Origin: an uncultured Acidobacteriota bacterium
Lineage (GTDB): Bacteria > Acidobacteriota > Thermoanaerobaculia > Gp7-AA8
Assembly (NCBI GenBank): GCA_963741955.1
Contig: CAVUKB010000005.1
Coordinates: 320,001 to 384,000, forward strand
Reading direction: 5' to 3'
Length of the DNA: 64,000 nucleotides
The notes below the pieces were generated by a model. It did not search any database. It was not told the origin of the DNA and saw nothing but the letters and a program-made list of their open reading frames with translations. Numbering within the stretch: the first letter of the stretch is position 1; every line of letters starts with the position of its first letter. This document shows, in pieces, positions 48,095-58,439 of this stretch. The translations under genes were made by a program, and so were the position numbers.

Positions 48095-50089
48095 TCACCG
48101 CACGGCCGAAGATTCGTCTTCCGTTTCCCGAACGACACTCTCGCCTCTTGGAAGCTCCACGATGAATCGGCTCCCCTCCCCGTCTCGGGAATCGACATCG
48201 ATCCGTCCGCCGTGCATCCTCACGATCTCCCTGGTGATGTAGAGCCCGAGCCCGGTCCCCTTCACCTCATGACCACTGTCTTCGATCCGGTAGAAACGCT
48301 CGAAAATCAACGGGAGCTTTTCGGGAGGGATCCCATTGCCCTGATCCTTCACCGTCAGCCGGACGCTCGCTTCGTCGTAGTCGAGTGAGATGGTGACCGG
48401 CGTCTGCTCGGGCGAGTACTTCACCGCGTTCGACACGAGGTTCTCGACGATCTGAGCCAGCCGGGTCGAATCTCCGCGAATCATAGGGAAACGTTCGGAC
48501 GTCTCCAGCCGAATCACGCGTGACGACGTGGTCCGGTAGCGCTCCGCGATCTGAGACACGATCTCCGGCAGCTGAACCTCTTCGGCTTTAAAACTGAACT
48601 TCCCCGCCGCCATTTTCGAAGCGTCGAGGAGATCCTCCGCCAGGCGGAGAATCCTCCTCGCCTCGCTCCGGATCACGGCGAGCGAATCGGCGGCTTCCTC
48701 GGTGCGACCGTTCCGCACCGCGTCTTCTGCGATCTCAGAAAACCCCCGGATCGACGTCAGGGGGTTCTTGATCTCGTGAGTCACCAGGCCGAGGAATTCG
48801 TCGCGTTCCGCTCTCGCCTGCGCTTCACTCTCGAACAGCTGCGCGTTGCGGATCGCGATCGCAGCCTGCGCGGCGATGGTCTGGAGCACCTGCATCTGGT
48901 GACCACCGTAGGCATCCGGCTGGAAACTCTGAACCGAGATGGCCCCGATCACCTCGTCGCCCACCCGCATCGGCGCGACGACCATCGAGCGCGAGCGCCG
49001 GATCCCGCGCAGTTCGTCGTCGCCGAGAGTCGTGTCGCGCTCATCCCGCTCGTAATGCACCATCTCTCCGGTCTGAATGGCCCTCCCGGTCAGACCGGCG
49101 CCGAATGGTATGGAGCGCTGAGCGAGTTGGACACCCGCACCCGAGACGAACACCAGATTCAGTTTCTCTCGATCCTGATCGCGCGTCGCGATGAAAAACG
49201 AGTCCCACTTCAACACCTGGCGGCTCTCTTTCGCCAGGAGACTGAAGAGCGACGAGAGGTCGAGAGTGGAGGTGATCATGGTGCCGATCCGGTTGATGGC
49301 CCGCAGGTCGGCGTTTCCTTCGCGAAGCCGCACGTTCAGTTTGAGGATCATCGCCAGACCGGCGAGAAAAACGAAGACGAAAAGGGTCGAGAGGACCGTT
49401 CCCGCAGTCGGTGCCAGAAGGAGGATCACCACCGCGAAAGGCCAGGCCGTTCCCACGCTGATCGCCTGCCAGAGAGTGGCGGTCGGCCAGAGCCGCGTGC
49501 GAACTTCCTGAAATCCTCCCAGTGCGTATGCGGCTGCGGAGTCGAGGAAGGCGATCATTAGGAGGTAGACGAGGGCGAAGATCGCCATCGTCGAGACCGG
49601 CTCGAAGAGGATCGGAGATCGGAGAACCGGGATCGGCGAATCGGGCTGCACCAGGATCGCCGCGACAATGACCGCCACGATCGACTGGCCGGCCCTGAAG
49701 AATCCGTAAGTCGGCGTCTGGCGGCTCCTGCCGAGAAGACGAAGTCCGGCCCAGGCGATCAGCGAACCGGCGGCTTCCACCACTGCGGCCGCGATCCCGC
49801 CGGAGAGAACGAAGTAGAGGATCACGAAAACGGGAGCCGGCGAATAGTAAGATCCCGGCCTCAGACGGACCGAGAGGAAAATCTCCGAAACGGCGATCGC
49901 CGCGACGTAGAGCCACCATAGGGTGACGCTCTCCGGGGGCACCACGAGGAGGAGAGCGATGAGGAGGGCGAATCCGAACCCGGCCACACCCCACCTGATG
50001 TACACCGCGGTCAGAGGCATCTGGGACGTCTGAAGCTTGCGTCCCAACGCCGTCGAATCACCGAGTTGGAGCTCCTCACGTGCCGACAT
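48095..50089 (-). CDS. Multi-TM GAF sensor histidine kinase
   Basis: About 7 TM, GAF, THEIKNPL, NAVKY, GTGLGL. Confidence 0.92.
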   Translation of the reverse strand: MSAREELQLGDSTALGRKLQTSQMPLTAVYIRWGVAGFGFALLIALLLVVPPESVTLWWLYVAAIAVSEIFLSVRLRPGSYYSPAPVFVILYFVLSGGIAAAVVEAAGSLIAWAGLRLLGRSRQTPTYGFFRAGQSIVAVIVAAILVQPDSPIPVLRSPILFEPVSTMAIFALVYLLMIAFLDSAAAYALGGFQEVRTRLWPTATLWQAISVGTAWPFAVVILLLAPTAGTVLSTLFVFVFLAGLAMILKLNVRLREGNADLRAINRIGTMITSTLDLSSLFSLLAKESRQVLKWDSFFIATRDQDREKLNLVFVSGAGVQLAQRSIPFGAGLTGRAIQTGEMVHYERDERDTTLGDDELRGIRRSRSMVVAPMRVGDEVIGAISVQSFQPDAYGGHQMQVLQTIAAQAAIAIRNAQLFESEAQARAERDEFLGLVTHEIKNPLTSIRGFSEIAEDAVRNGRTEEAADSLAVIRSEARRILRLAEDLLDASKMAAGKFSFKAEEVQLPEIVSQIAERYRTTSSRVIRLETSERFPMIRGDSTRLAQIVENLVSNAVKYSPEQTPVTISLDYDEASVRLTVKDQGNGIPPEKLPLIFERFYRIEDSGHEVKGTGLGLYITREIVRMHGGRIDVDSRDGEGSRFIVELPRGESVVRETEDESSAVR

Positions 50090-50213
50090 GAACGATCGTC
50101 CCCACCGACCTCCGGTCGTTCGAGTAGCAAGCAAACCCGAGGCCGCCTTTTCGCCGATCGGATCTGCTGCCGTCGCGTACGATGTTTATTAGGACGAACC
50201 AGGAAGCGAAAGG

Positions 50214-50299
50214 TGGTGCCCGAGGTGGGATTCGAACCCACACGACCTTGCGGCCGGCGGATTTTGAGTCCGCTGCGTCTGCCGTTCCGCCACTCGGGC
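50214..50299 (-). tRNA. tRNA-Leu(CAA)
   Basis: GCCCGAG acceptor, anticodon arm GCGGA-CTCAAAA-TCCGC, long variable arm, TTCGAAT, encoded CCA; TGcTAGACT -10 upstream. Confidence 0.97.
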
Positions 50300-50322
50300 A
50301 CGGAGGCGAGAGTCTAGCAGGA

Positions 50323-51606
50323 TCATCCGGCAGAAGGGAGTCTCGATTCCGAATCGGACCCTTCCCCCTCCCTTTCGCGCCATTCCCTCGCAACTGCGTG
50401 AATCTCTTCGTCCGTCAAAACTCTCTTCGAAGCCTTCGCCTTCGCGAATACTTCCTGTGCGAGCGACCGCTCCTGCGGATATCCGTGCGCTTCGAGCCAG
50501 TAGACCACGTTCGAGAGGCCGCACATCGGACCGACCTCGATCACCTGCTCCAGTCCGAACATTCCGGCCGGCACCCCCGAGTAGACCCGATCGGCAAGCC
50601 ACTCACTCCCCTTTTCCCTCGCCTTGATGATCGCTGCCGCGTGCACGCCCGTCCCGGTCCTGAATGCGTCCCGTCCGAAAACCGGATACTGGTCCGGGAG
50701 CGGAACCCCGGTCACCTCGGAGACGAACTTCACGTAGGCCGGCAACTGCGTCAGATCGTTCTCGATCCAGCCGAAAAGCTTCAGATTCACCATCAGCAGA
50801 TCCATCGGCGTGTTCCCAACCCGCTCGCCGATGCCGAGAGCGCAACCGTGCACCCGGTCCGCCCCCGCCTCGAGCGCGGCGATCGAGTTGATCACCCCCA
50901 GTCCCCGATCCGAGTGTCCGTGCCAGTCGACCTTGACTCCGGGATTGATTCGATCGACGACGGCGCGGACGAATCGAACCACGTTCCTCGCGCCCCATGG
51001 TGTCGCGTGCCCCACCGTGTCCGCCACACAGACACGCTCCGCTCCCGCGTCGATCGCTGCCGAGTAGAGTCTCTCGATGTCCTCCGGCCGCGCACGAGTG
51101 GTGTCCTCAGTGACGTACATGACCGGGAGCCCTTCGGCAACCGCGAACTGCACCGCACGCGTCGATTGCCGGATCAGCCACTCCAGGTCCCATTCCTCCG
51201 CGAACTGGCGGATCGGCGACGAGCCGATGAACGCGTCGACCTCGATCGGAATCCCGACGCGCTGCGAGATCTCCGCGATCGGCCGAATGTCATTCTCATG
51301 AGTCCGGGCTGCACACGAAGGGCGGATCTCGAGATTCTGCTCGACGATCTCCCGCGCGATGCGCTCGACCGATCTCTGCACGTGCGGTCCCGCCCCCGGA
51401 AGCCCGATGTCGGCGTTGTCCACGCCGATCGCATCCATGAAGTGAAGGATACGCAACTTCGCCTCGAGTGGGGGGTCCTGCACTGAAGGCGACTGGAGGC
51501 CATCCCTGAGCGTCTCGTCGTCGAATTCGATCCGCCGCCCGGGCCGGCGCGGCTGATCGTCTCCGACGTTCCAGTCGTGGATCAGCTCCTCGAGCTTCTC
51601 GTTCAT
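50323..51606 (-). CDS. LeuA-family (DRE-TIM) isopropylmalate/homocitrate synthase-like enzyme without regulatory domain
   Basis: DETLRDGLQ, ADTVG, HGHSDRG, GIGERVGN. Confidence 0.88.
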   Translation of the reverse strand: MNEKLEELIHDWNVGDDQPRRPGRRIEFDDETLRDGLQSPSVQDPPLEAKLRILHFMDAIGVDNADIGLPGAGPHVQRSVERIAREIVEQNLEIRPSCAARTHENDIRPIAEISQRVGIPIEVDAFIGSSPIRQFAEEWDLEWLIRQSTRAVQFAVAEGLPVMYVTEDTTRARPEDIERLYSAAIDAGAERVCVADTVGHATPWGARNVVRFVRAVVDRINPGVKVDWHGHSDRGLGVINSIAALEAGADRVHGCALGIGERVGNTPMDLLMVNLKLFGWIENDLTQLPAYVKFVSEVTGVPLPDQYPVFGRDAFRTGTGVHAAAIIKAREKGSEWLADRVYSGVPAGMFGLEQVIEVGPMCGLSNVVYWLEAHGYPQERSLAQEVFAKAKASKRVLTDEEIHAVAREWREREGEGSDSESRLPSAG

Positions 51607-51709
51607 CGCTGCCTCCGTTGCCCCGAAAATCCCGCCGGCGGCGGATGAATCCCGCGGCCCTGCACCTGCGCAGATTTTCCCGGAACATTTGATTCTAACA
51701 GGCCATCAC

Positions 51710-51780
51710 GACTCTGCGAGACAGAAACAGGCTCGCTGCGAAAGAAGATCAGCGAGGCCGGATTCGTTGCGCCGGAGTCC
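51710..51780 (+). mobile_element. Decayed MITE family B fragment
   Basis: gactctgcgagacagaaac...ctgcgaaagaagatcagcg aligns with the MITE-B left arm. Confidence 0.5.
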
Positions 51781-52002
51781 CAGCTGGAACGGCGGAAGCC
51801 GCGGCGCGCTGCCGGCAGAAACAGGAGAGTCGCCGGAAAGCAGATGATGGCTTCCTGTCATGGTGGCTCATCCGCGGTCCCAATCGGTCGGGAGTCTCGG
51901 CGAGCCGTCAACGCCACGGCCGAGCACGAAGAGCGGAAGGTGGAGACAGCCAGGGGCGATCCGGGTGCGCCGGGACGTGCCGGCGCACCCGATCTCCCGT
52001 GA

Positions 52003-52794
52003 CTATTTTCCTTTGAAGTTCGCCGGTCGCTTTTCGATGAAAGCGGTCAGCCCCTCTTTCGTATCCTCGGTTGCGCAGAGGACGCCGAACAGCGTCGCTT
52101 CGAGCGACTGCCCGTCTCCGAGAGTCATGTCGCTCCCGTGGTTGATCGCCTCCATCGCGGCGCGAACGGCCACCGGTCCCCGGCTCATGATCTTCTTCGC
52201 CATCTCTTCGGCAGTCGTAAGAAGATCTCCGGCCGGGACGACGCGGTTGACCAGGCCGATCCGTTCGGCCTCGTCGGCCTTGACGCGATCGCCTGTGCAG
52301 ATCAGCTCGAACGCTTTCCCTTTCCCGAGAAGGCGGACCATCCGCTGCGTTCCGCCGTAGCCGGGAATGATGCCGAGCGTGACTTCGGGAAGGCCCATCT
52401 GTGCGTTCTCCGAGGCCAGACGAATGTGGCAGGCGAGCGCGAGCTCGCACCCCCCGCCGAGAGCGAACCCGTTGATGGCGGCGATGACGATCTTGGGAAA
52501 GCGCTCGATCTTCGACAGGATGTGCTGTCCGCGCTCCGAGGTCCGCTTCCCGGAAAGGGCATCGTTCCGTGCGAGTTCGTTGATGTCGGCGCCCGCGACG
52601 AATGCCTTCTCGCCGCTGCCTGTCACGATGACCGAACCGACTCCGTCGTCGAGGAGCGCCTCGTCGAAGACGCGGCCGATCTCTTCGACCGTCTGCGTGT
52701 TGAGCGCATTGAGTACCTGCGGGCGGTTGATGGTGAGATGGAGGATGCGATCCCGGATCTCGACCTTGACGTTCTCGAGCTTCTCGTATGCCAT
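52003..52794 (-). CDS. crt: Crotonase (short-chain enoyl-CoA hydratase)
   Basis: AFVAGADI, ALGGGCELAL, PEVTLGIIPGYGGTQR. Confidence 0.9.
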   Translation of the reverse strand: MAYEKLENVKVEIRDRILHLTINRPQVLNALNTQTVEEIGRVFDEALLDDGVGSVIVTGSGEKAFVAGADINELARNDALSGKRTSERGQHILSKIERFPKIVIAAINGFALGGGCELALACHIRLASENAQMGLPEVTLGIIPGYGGTQRMVRLLGKGKAFELICTGDRVKADEAERIGLVNRVVPAGDLLTTAEEMAKKIMSRGPVAVRAAMEAINHGSDMTLGDGQSLEATLFGVLCATEDTKEGLTAFIEKRPANFKGK

Positions 52795-52803
52795 CGTCTC
52801 ACC

Positions 52804-53694
52804 TCATTTTTTCGCGCGATCGAACGGAACCGGTGTGCCGCTCGCGTAGTCGTAAAAACCGGCGCCGCTCTTGCGGCCGAAGCGCCCTGCGAGGACCATC
52901 TTCCGGAGCAGCGGCGGCGCAGCGAACCGCTTCTCGTGGTACTCCTCGAACATGACTTTGGTGATGAAGTACGTGGTATCGAGTCCGACGAAATCGAGAA
53001 GAGTGAACGGCCCCATCGGATATCCGCAGCCGAGCTGCATCCCCTTGTCGATGTCTTCGACCGAACCGACTCCCTCCTCGTACGCACGGATCGCGTCGAG
53101 CAGATACGGAACCAGAAGGCGGTTGACGATGAATCCCGAGTTGTCTTTGCAGGACACCGGCTCTTTGCCGAGCGTCTTCGCGAACGTGAAGGCGGAATCG
53201 AACGTCTCGTCGCTGGTGAGGATGGTGCGGACCACCTCGACGAGCTTCATCAGCGGTACGGGATTGAAAAAGTGAAGGCCGACGAACTGACTCGGCCGGG
53301 CTGTCGCCATCGAGAGCTCGGTGATGGTCAACGACGACGTGTTGGAGGCGAAAATCGTCTCCTTCTTGCAGATCCGATCGAGATCCGCGTACACGCTCTT
53401 CTTCAGCTCGGGATTTTCGACCACCGCTTCGATCACGATGTCGCAATCGGCGAGGTCTTCGAGCTTCGTGGTGCCCTTCAGCCGGCCGACGCAGGCATCC
53501 TTCTCCTCGGCGGTCATCTTCCCCTTCTCGACGAATTTCGAGAGGCTCTTTTCGATTCCGGCGAATCCTTTGTCGAGATACGACTGCTCGACTTCTCTGA
53601 CTACGGTCTCCAGCCCGGCCCGGGACGAGATCTGGGCGATTCCCGATCCCATCAGGCCACAACCGAGAACTCCGACTTTGCGAATCTGAGGCAT
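52804..53694 (-). CDS. hbd: 3-hydroxybutyryl-CoA dehydrogenase
   Basis: GCGLMGSG, SNTSS, HFFNP, PMGPF. Confidence 0.93.
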   Translation of the reverse strand: MPQIRKVGVLGCGLMGSGIAQISSRAGLETVVREVEQSYLDKGFAGIEKSLSKFVEKGKMTAEEKDACVGRLKGTTKLEDLADCDIVIEAVVENPELKKSVYADLDRICKKETIFASNTSSLTITELSMATARPSQFVGLHFFNPVPLMKLVEVVRTILTSDETFDSAFTFAKTLGKEPVSCKDNSGFIVNRLLVPYLLDAIRAYEEGVGSVEDIDKGMQLGCGYPMGPFTLLDFVGLDTTYFITKVMFEEYHEKRFAAPPLLRKMVLAGRFGRKSGAGFYDYASGTPVPFDRAKK

Positions 53695-53950
53695 TGAACG
53701 GCTCCTTTCGCGAGATGCGGGGCCATTCTATGTGCAGAGCGGATCTTTTCAACTCCGTTCGTTGGAGACTGGGGATCTCGGAGGTCGAGAGTTCGGGGAT
53801 CGGCGATCAGGGGCGGGGGTCGGGGAAGATTGGCTCGGGAGCGTCGAGTCCTTCGGAGATTCGCGGGAAAGCGCAAGCTGCGCAGGGCACTCGAGGGCAC
53901 GCCGATGGGAGCGGATGGTTCCCATCATGGCAGAATAGCGAATCTTGCGT

Positions 53951-55144
53951 ATGAAACGTCCGGCGGTCCTCCGCAACATCGCACCTCAGGTCGTGCTTCT
54001 CGGCCTCGCCGCGCTTCTCAATGACGTTTCGAGCGACATCATCTATCCGCTCCTTCCGATCTTTCTCACCACCACGGTCGGCGCCACTCCGGTGATCCTG
54101 GGGATGATCGAAGGTTCGGCAGAGGCCCTCTCCGCGTTCCTGAAGCTCGGTTCCGGTCTCCTCTCGGATCGTCTTCCCAGACGGAAACCGTTCATCGCCG
54201 GCGGTTACCTCGTGGCCGGACTCTCGCGGGCCCTGATCGCGGTTGCCGCTTTCTGGCCGGCCGTCTTCACCGCACGTCTGCTCGACCGGACGGGGAAAGG
54301 AATCCGCTCGGCTCCACGCGATGCGATGATCTGCGACGTCACACCGGAGTCGGACCGCGGCCGCGCCTTCGGACTGCATCGTGCTTTCGACCACGCCGGA
54401 GCGGTGGTGGGACCACTCCTCGCTGCGCTGATGCTCGGAGTGATTCACCTGAAGATCCGGACCATCTTCTTCCTCGCCGTGATCCCGGCACTTCTCGCGG
54501 TCATACTTCTCGTCTTCTTCCTGAAGGAGACCAGGAGAGTCATCGCATCCCCGACGAGCGGAGCGGTGCCCGGCCGAAGACTTCCGAGCACGTTCTGGAT
54601 CCCGATCGGCTCGATCGCTCTCTTCTATTTCGCAAATTCGAGCGACGTCTTCCTGATCCTGAAGGCTTACGACGCTGGAGTGAGGGAGGCCTGGATCCCG
54701 GTCCTATGGGCGGCACACCATCTGGTCAAGGCGCTCTTCTCCACGCATGCCGGAGCGTGGTCCGACCGGATCGACCGGAGAAACCTCCTCATCGCGGGAT
54801 GGCTGATCTACGCGCTGATCTATTTTCTCTTTCCGATGAGCCGCTCTCTGATCGTCTTCCTGATTCTCTTCGTCGTCTACGCGATTCCGTTCACGCTGAC
54901 GGAAGGAGTCGAACGGGCGTGGATCGGTTCGAAAGTCGAGAAGAGACTTCTCGGGAAGGCATTCGGCGTCTACTACCTGGTGATGGGGATCTTCACGCTG
55001 GGAGGGACCGCCCTTTTCGGCTGGCTCTACGAGCACGTGAATCCTGCCACGGCATTCACGGTCGGAGCGATCACCGCCACGGTCGCGGCGGCATCGGTCG
55101 CCGTGCAGAAAGTGTTTCATCTGGGAGAGAAAGTCTCGGGGTAG
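53951..55144 (+). CDS. MFS transporter
   Basis: About 12 TM; DRTGKGIRSAPRDA. Confidence 0.92.
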   Translation: MKRPAVLRNIAPQVVLLGLAALLNDVSSDIIYPLLPIFLTTTVGATPVILGMIEGSAEALSAFLKLGSGLLSDRLPRRKPFIAGGYLVAGLSRALIAVAAFWPAVFTARLLDRTGKGIRSAPRDAMICDVTPESDRGRAFGLHRAFDHAGAVVGPLLAALMLGVIHLKIRTIFFLAVIPALLAVILLVFFLKETRRVIASPTSGAVPGRRLPSTFWIPIGSIALFYFANSSDVFLILKAYDAGVREAWIPVLWAAHHLVKALFSTHAGAWSDRIDRRNLLIAGWLIYALIYFLFPMSRSLIVFLILFVVYAIPFTLTEGVERAWIGSKVEKRLLGKAFGVYYLVMGIFTLGGTALFGWLYEHVNPATAFTVGAITATVAAASVAVQKVFHLGEKVSG

Positions 55145-55533
55145 AAAAAAAGCCCGAAGCGGCCTCACCACGCCGGCTCAGGTGCGAACCGGGGTCGATC
55201 CGACGAACTCTTCCGACTCCGGATGCTCTCGCCTCGTCCGGATTTCCGAAAGCCAGGCTTTCGGATCAGCAGCTCGGACGGAACTGTACGGCACGCCCCG
55301 TCACGTGTGAGGAGCCTCGCGTCTCCTCCGTCGAATCTCGAGGGCCACTTCGGGCAGTTGACCAAGAAGCAAATCGCGCGCCACCGCCGGTCGGGAAACG
55401 CGCGAATCGGGATTCCAGGCTCCGGCTCTCCCCAGGTATCTCCCGACCCGTTCCCTGGCGAGCTCGAAATTCGCGCTCGCCCGAGCGAGTTTCGGCATCA
55501 GAACGACTCGCCGCAGGAAAGGAAAAGCTCCCA

Positions 55534-56610
55534 GTGAAGAAGCTACTCGCATCGATGTCTCTCGCTCTGACCTTCGTGGCTGCGGTAGCGGCCGCCCAGG
55601 CCAAGCCCGCCGCCAATGCCTCGCTCGATCAGCGATTCAAAGAACTTCTTCCGGTCTGCCAGACGGCTCCGAAAATCAGCGTGCATCCTTTCGAAGGAAA
55701 GCTCCCGGACGGGATGAAGGGAGATCTGGTCGACGTTCAGGGCGATTCCGTCTACTGCCAGGGCGAATACATGGCCATCACGACGCGGAGTGGCAGCTAC
55801 TTCCTGGGAGCTCCCTGGCCGATCGAAGGCGTGAGCGGATCGGTCGAACAGAAGATCGCACAGTTCGCCTACGACAGAATGGGAGGCGAGATCTTCTCCG
55901 CCACCGTCGGAAAGACGCCCACTCCCGAGGGTCTCCTTCCGGTCAACCTGGTCCATACCACCGACTATGGCAATGTCCCGATGGAGGCGTGGATCGACCC
56001 GGCCGGCAACATGCTCTTTCTCGCGCCGTTCTACCGTCCGGGAACCGACGCACTCGCGGACAGGATCTCCCGGATCGAAAAGGTCGCTGCACATTCGCCG
56101 ACACTCGGACCGGCCGATGCACCGGTCAGGATCTATGAATTTTCTGATTTCGAATGTCCCTCGTGTAAGCACGCCGATCCGTTCATCCGTCCCCTGATCG
56201 ACAAGTACAAGGGACAGGTGCGCTTCACCCGGATCGACTTCCCGCTCATCTCGAGCCATCCCTGGGCCTTCCCCGCGGCGATGATGGCGCGCGCGATCTT
56301 CCACCAGAGCCCCGATGCCTTCTGGGCCTTCGAGAAAGAGGTCTACGAGAAGCAGGCCGACCTGAACATTTTCGTACTGGAAGACTTCGCGAAGGGATTC
56401 GTCTCCGATCACGGCCTGGACGTCGCGAAGTTCAACCAGGACCGCAACTCCGAGGCCACCAGGAACGAGATCCTCGAAGGGGTGGGACTCGGCTATGCGA
56501 TCCAGCTGGCAGGAACGCCGACGTTCGTCGTCAACGGCAAATTCGTGGTCGCGGGAAAAGAGGGGGACAATCTCGATCGCTACGTGGGAGACCTTCTCGC
56601 GAAGAAGTAA
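55534..56610 (+). CDS. DsbA/thioredoxin-fold protein with N-terminal extension
   Basis: Signal peptide, FSDFECPSC, GTPT. Confidence 0.88.
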   Translation: MKKLLASMSLALTFVAAVAAAQAKPAANASLDQRFKELLPVCQTAPKISVHPFEGKLPDGMKGDLVDVQGDSVYCQGEYMAITTRSGSYFLGAPWPIEGVSGSVEQKIAQFAYDRMGGEIFSATVGKTPTPEGLLPVNLVHTTDYGNVPMEAWIDPAGNMLFLAPFYRPGTDALADRISRIEKVAAHSPTLGPADAPVRIYEFSDFECPSCKHADPFIRPLIDKYKGQVRFTRIDFPLISSHPWAFPAAMMARAIFHQSPDAFWAFEKEVYEKQADLNIFVLEDFAKGFVSDHGLDVAKFNQDRNSEATRNEILEGVGLGYAIQLAGTPTFVVNGKFVVAGKEGDNLDRYVGDLLAKK

Positions 56611-56670
56611 CGATGCCGCGCGCTGTGGTGGGCTCGCTCCGCGTGCGAGTTCACGCTTCGCCGTTCGAGC

Positions 56671-57237
56671 TCACGATCGCTCGAGCCTGCAGAACCGCAC
56701 GAATCTCGCCAGCGCCTCATCGAAGCTCCTCCCCGGAGAATGCTCCAGAATGATGTCGACGTCGGTGTAGGTGGCGCCGTACCGATGCACGTATGCGGCA
56801 ACTGCCTGAGGTGATGCGGCGACCCCCACGTCCGCCAGATGTCGTTCGATTTTGGCCCGGGAGCGATCCGTCCGGAATCCTGCAGTCCTGACCCCCATGG
56901 CGGCGCTCCGGAACCAGCCGAGGGAAAGATGGGTGGCGACGAGGACGGTTGCCCCCCGCCAGAGGCAACGGGTGACCAGCGGCAGATCGCGCACATCGAC
57001 GATCTCGTCGATGGCGATCAGCGATGCTCGCGGGCCGGATCCGAAGGGCGGTCCTTCGACCCAGACGTGCTCCCGTCCCGCGAACCTCGGGTGCTCCCGG
57101 AGGAGGTGGGCGATGGCGGTCGATTTCCCGCTGCCGCTCTCGCCGGAAAAGACGATCAGCCGCTCCCGCTCGAACGGGAGGTCGTCGAGGCGGAGGAAAT
57201 CGTCGAACTTCGCAGGAAGTGCCGGAGCCTCGCTCAT
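56671..57237 (-). CDS. Small P-loop NTPase (AAA-like)
   Basis: Walker A GESGSGKS, Walker B LIAIDE, VATH; ATGA overlap with upstream gene. Confidence 0.75.
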   Translation of the reverse strand: MSEAPALPAKFDDFLRLDDLPFERERLIVFSGESGSGKSTAIAHLLREHPRFAGREHVWVEGPPFGSGPRASLIAIDEIVDVRDLPLVTRCLWRGATVLVATHLSLGWFRSAAMGVRTAGFRTDRSRAKIERHLADVGVAASPQAVAAYVHRYGATYTDVDIILEHSPGRSFDEALARFVRFCRLERS

Positions 57238-58346
57238 GCCTCGAGAAAATCCTCCCACTTGAAGCAGTCGCTCGAGCCAACCACTTCCTGATCGACGAAG
57301 ACGTCCGAGAGGAGCTGAACTTCCCAGTGCACCGTCAGCCCGTGCGTCGACGAAGTCTGCTGCGGCGGGTAGAGCACCCGAAACATCGGCTCGAACGAAA
57401 CCGGACCGTCGAGGTACTGCTCGACCGGAATGTTGGCGGGGATCATGGTGAACGTTCGCTCGTAGAGAATCACCGCCCTCACCGGCTCGGTGAACGAGAC
57501 CGTTCTCTCCTTCGTTCCCGAGCCTCGCTTGTACTGCCCTTTCTCCATGTTGCACGCCGCCACGCGGATGGTGACGTTCTCGAGCGGCACCCGCGATCGT
57601 CCGATCACCAGCTTCGAAGCGGGAATCGAATCAGTCCGTCCGATCTGACCCGGAACGGCGCAGAGATCGAAACTCATGTACTTTCTCAGTTGACGCCGGA
57701 TGGCGAACCAGACCGCCGCGCCTGCCGCGCCGCTACCCATCAGCGATTTCTGCAGCGGCGGAGACGATTCCCCTTTCGAATTGTGCTGGCTGTAGAACCA
57801 GGTCATCGGTTCCGGAACCCACTGGTCGTGCCATCCCACCCAGCTGTTGAAGGCGATCACGACCGCCCCCACGACCATCAGCCAGGAAACGATCATCCGG
57901 TTCTTCGGCGGGATGGCCTTGAAGTTCTCGATGAAATTGAAAACGTCCTTCGGTTCGACGATCTCTTTCGCGTCCGTCGAGACTTCCGGCTTCAACCCGA
58001 TCGAGACCATTTCCTCCCGGGAAATCTTCGTGTCGAACAGCAGCGCGTCGTCGACCTCGATCTCCGTCCGGATCGCGATGTCGATCTTTGTCCCGTGGTA
58101 CGTGAAAAACTGCGAGCCCGACGGAATCACGATCTCGTTCCGGCTTTCGAGCGAAGGAATCTTCGTCTCGAATACAGTGTCGGATTCATTGACCGCGCGC
58201 GAGTCGTGTACCTCCACCTTCCGGCAGATCCTGAGGGTTGCAGCGCGCCCCAGCGCCGCCGGGTCGTCGACGCCGATCGTGCAGCGGATCGATTCACCGA
58301 CTCGCGAATATCGGACCGTCATCGCTTCGGCGCGGATCTTCGCCAT
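57234..58346 (-). CDS. Hypothetical 2-TM protein with flanking beta-rich domains
   Basis: SD aggagg; two hydrophobic segments mid-protein; beta-rich N and C domains. Confidence 0.75.
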   Translation of the reverse strand: MAKIRAEAMTVRYSRVGESIRCTIGVDDPAALGRAATLRICRKVEVHDSRAVNESDTVFETKIPSLESRNEIVIPSGSQFFTYHGTKIDIAIRTEIEVDDALLFDTKISREEMVSIGLKPEVSTDAKEIVEPKDVFNFIENFKAIPPKNRMIVSWLMVVGAVVIAFNSWVGWHDQWVPEPMTWFYSQHNSKGESSPPLQKSLMGSGAAGAAVWFAIRRQLRKYMSFDLCAVPGQIGRTDSIPASKLVIGRSRVPLENVTIRVAACNMEKGQYKRGSGTKERTVSFTEPVRAVILYERTFTMIPANIPVEQYLDGPVSFEPMFRVLYPPQQTSSTHGLTVHWEVQLLSDVFVDQEVVGSSDCFKWEDFLEA

Positions 58347-58439
58347 TCGATTCCTCCTGGACTGGAAGACGGTATTTTAGCGCCGACACAGCGGAGCCGA
58401 AAGATCAGGACTTCTCTGATTCCAGAAGCTCGCCTTTCG

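Noticed and set aside
50214-50299. tRNA-Leu as an integration site for a prophage or island
   Set aside because: No integrase and no duplicated tRNA 3' end seen in the window.
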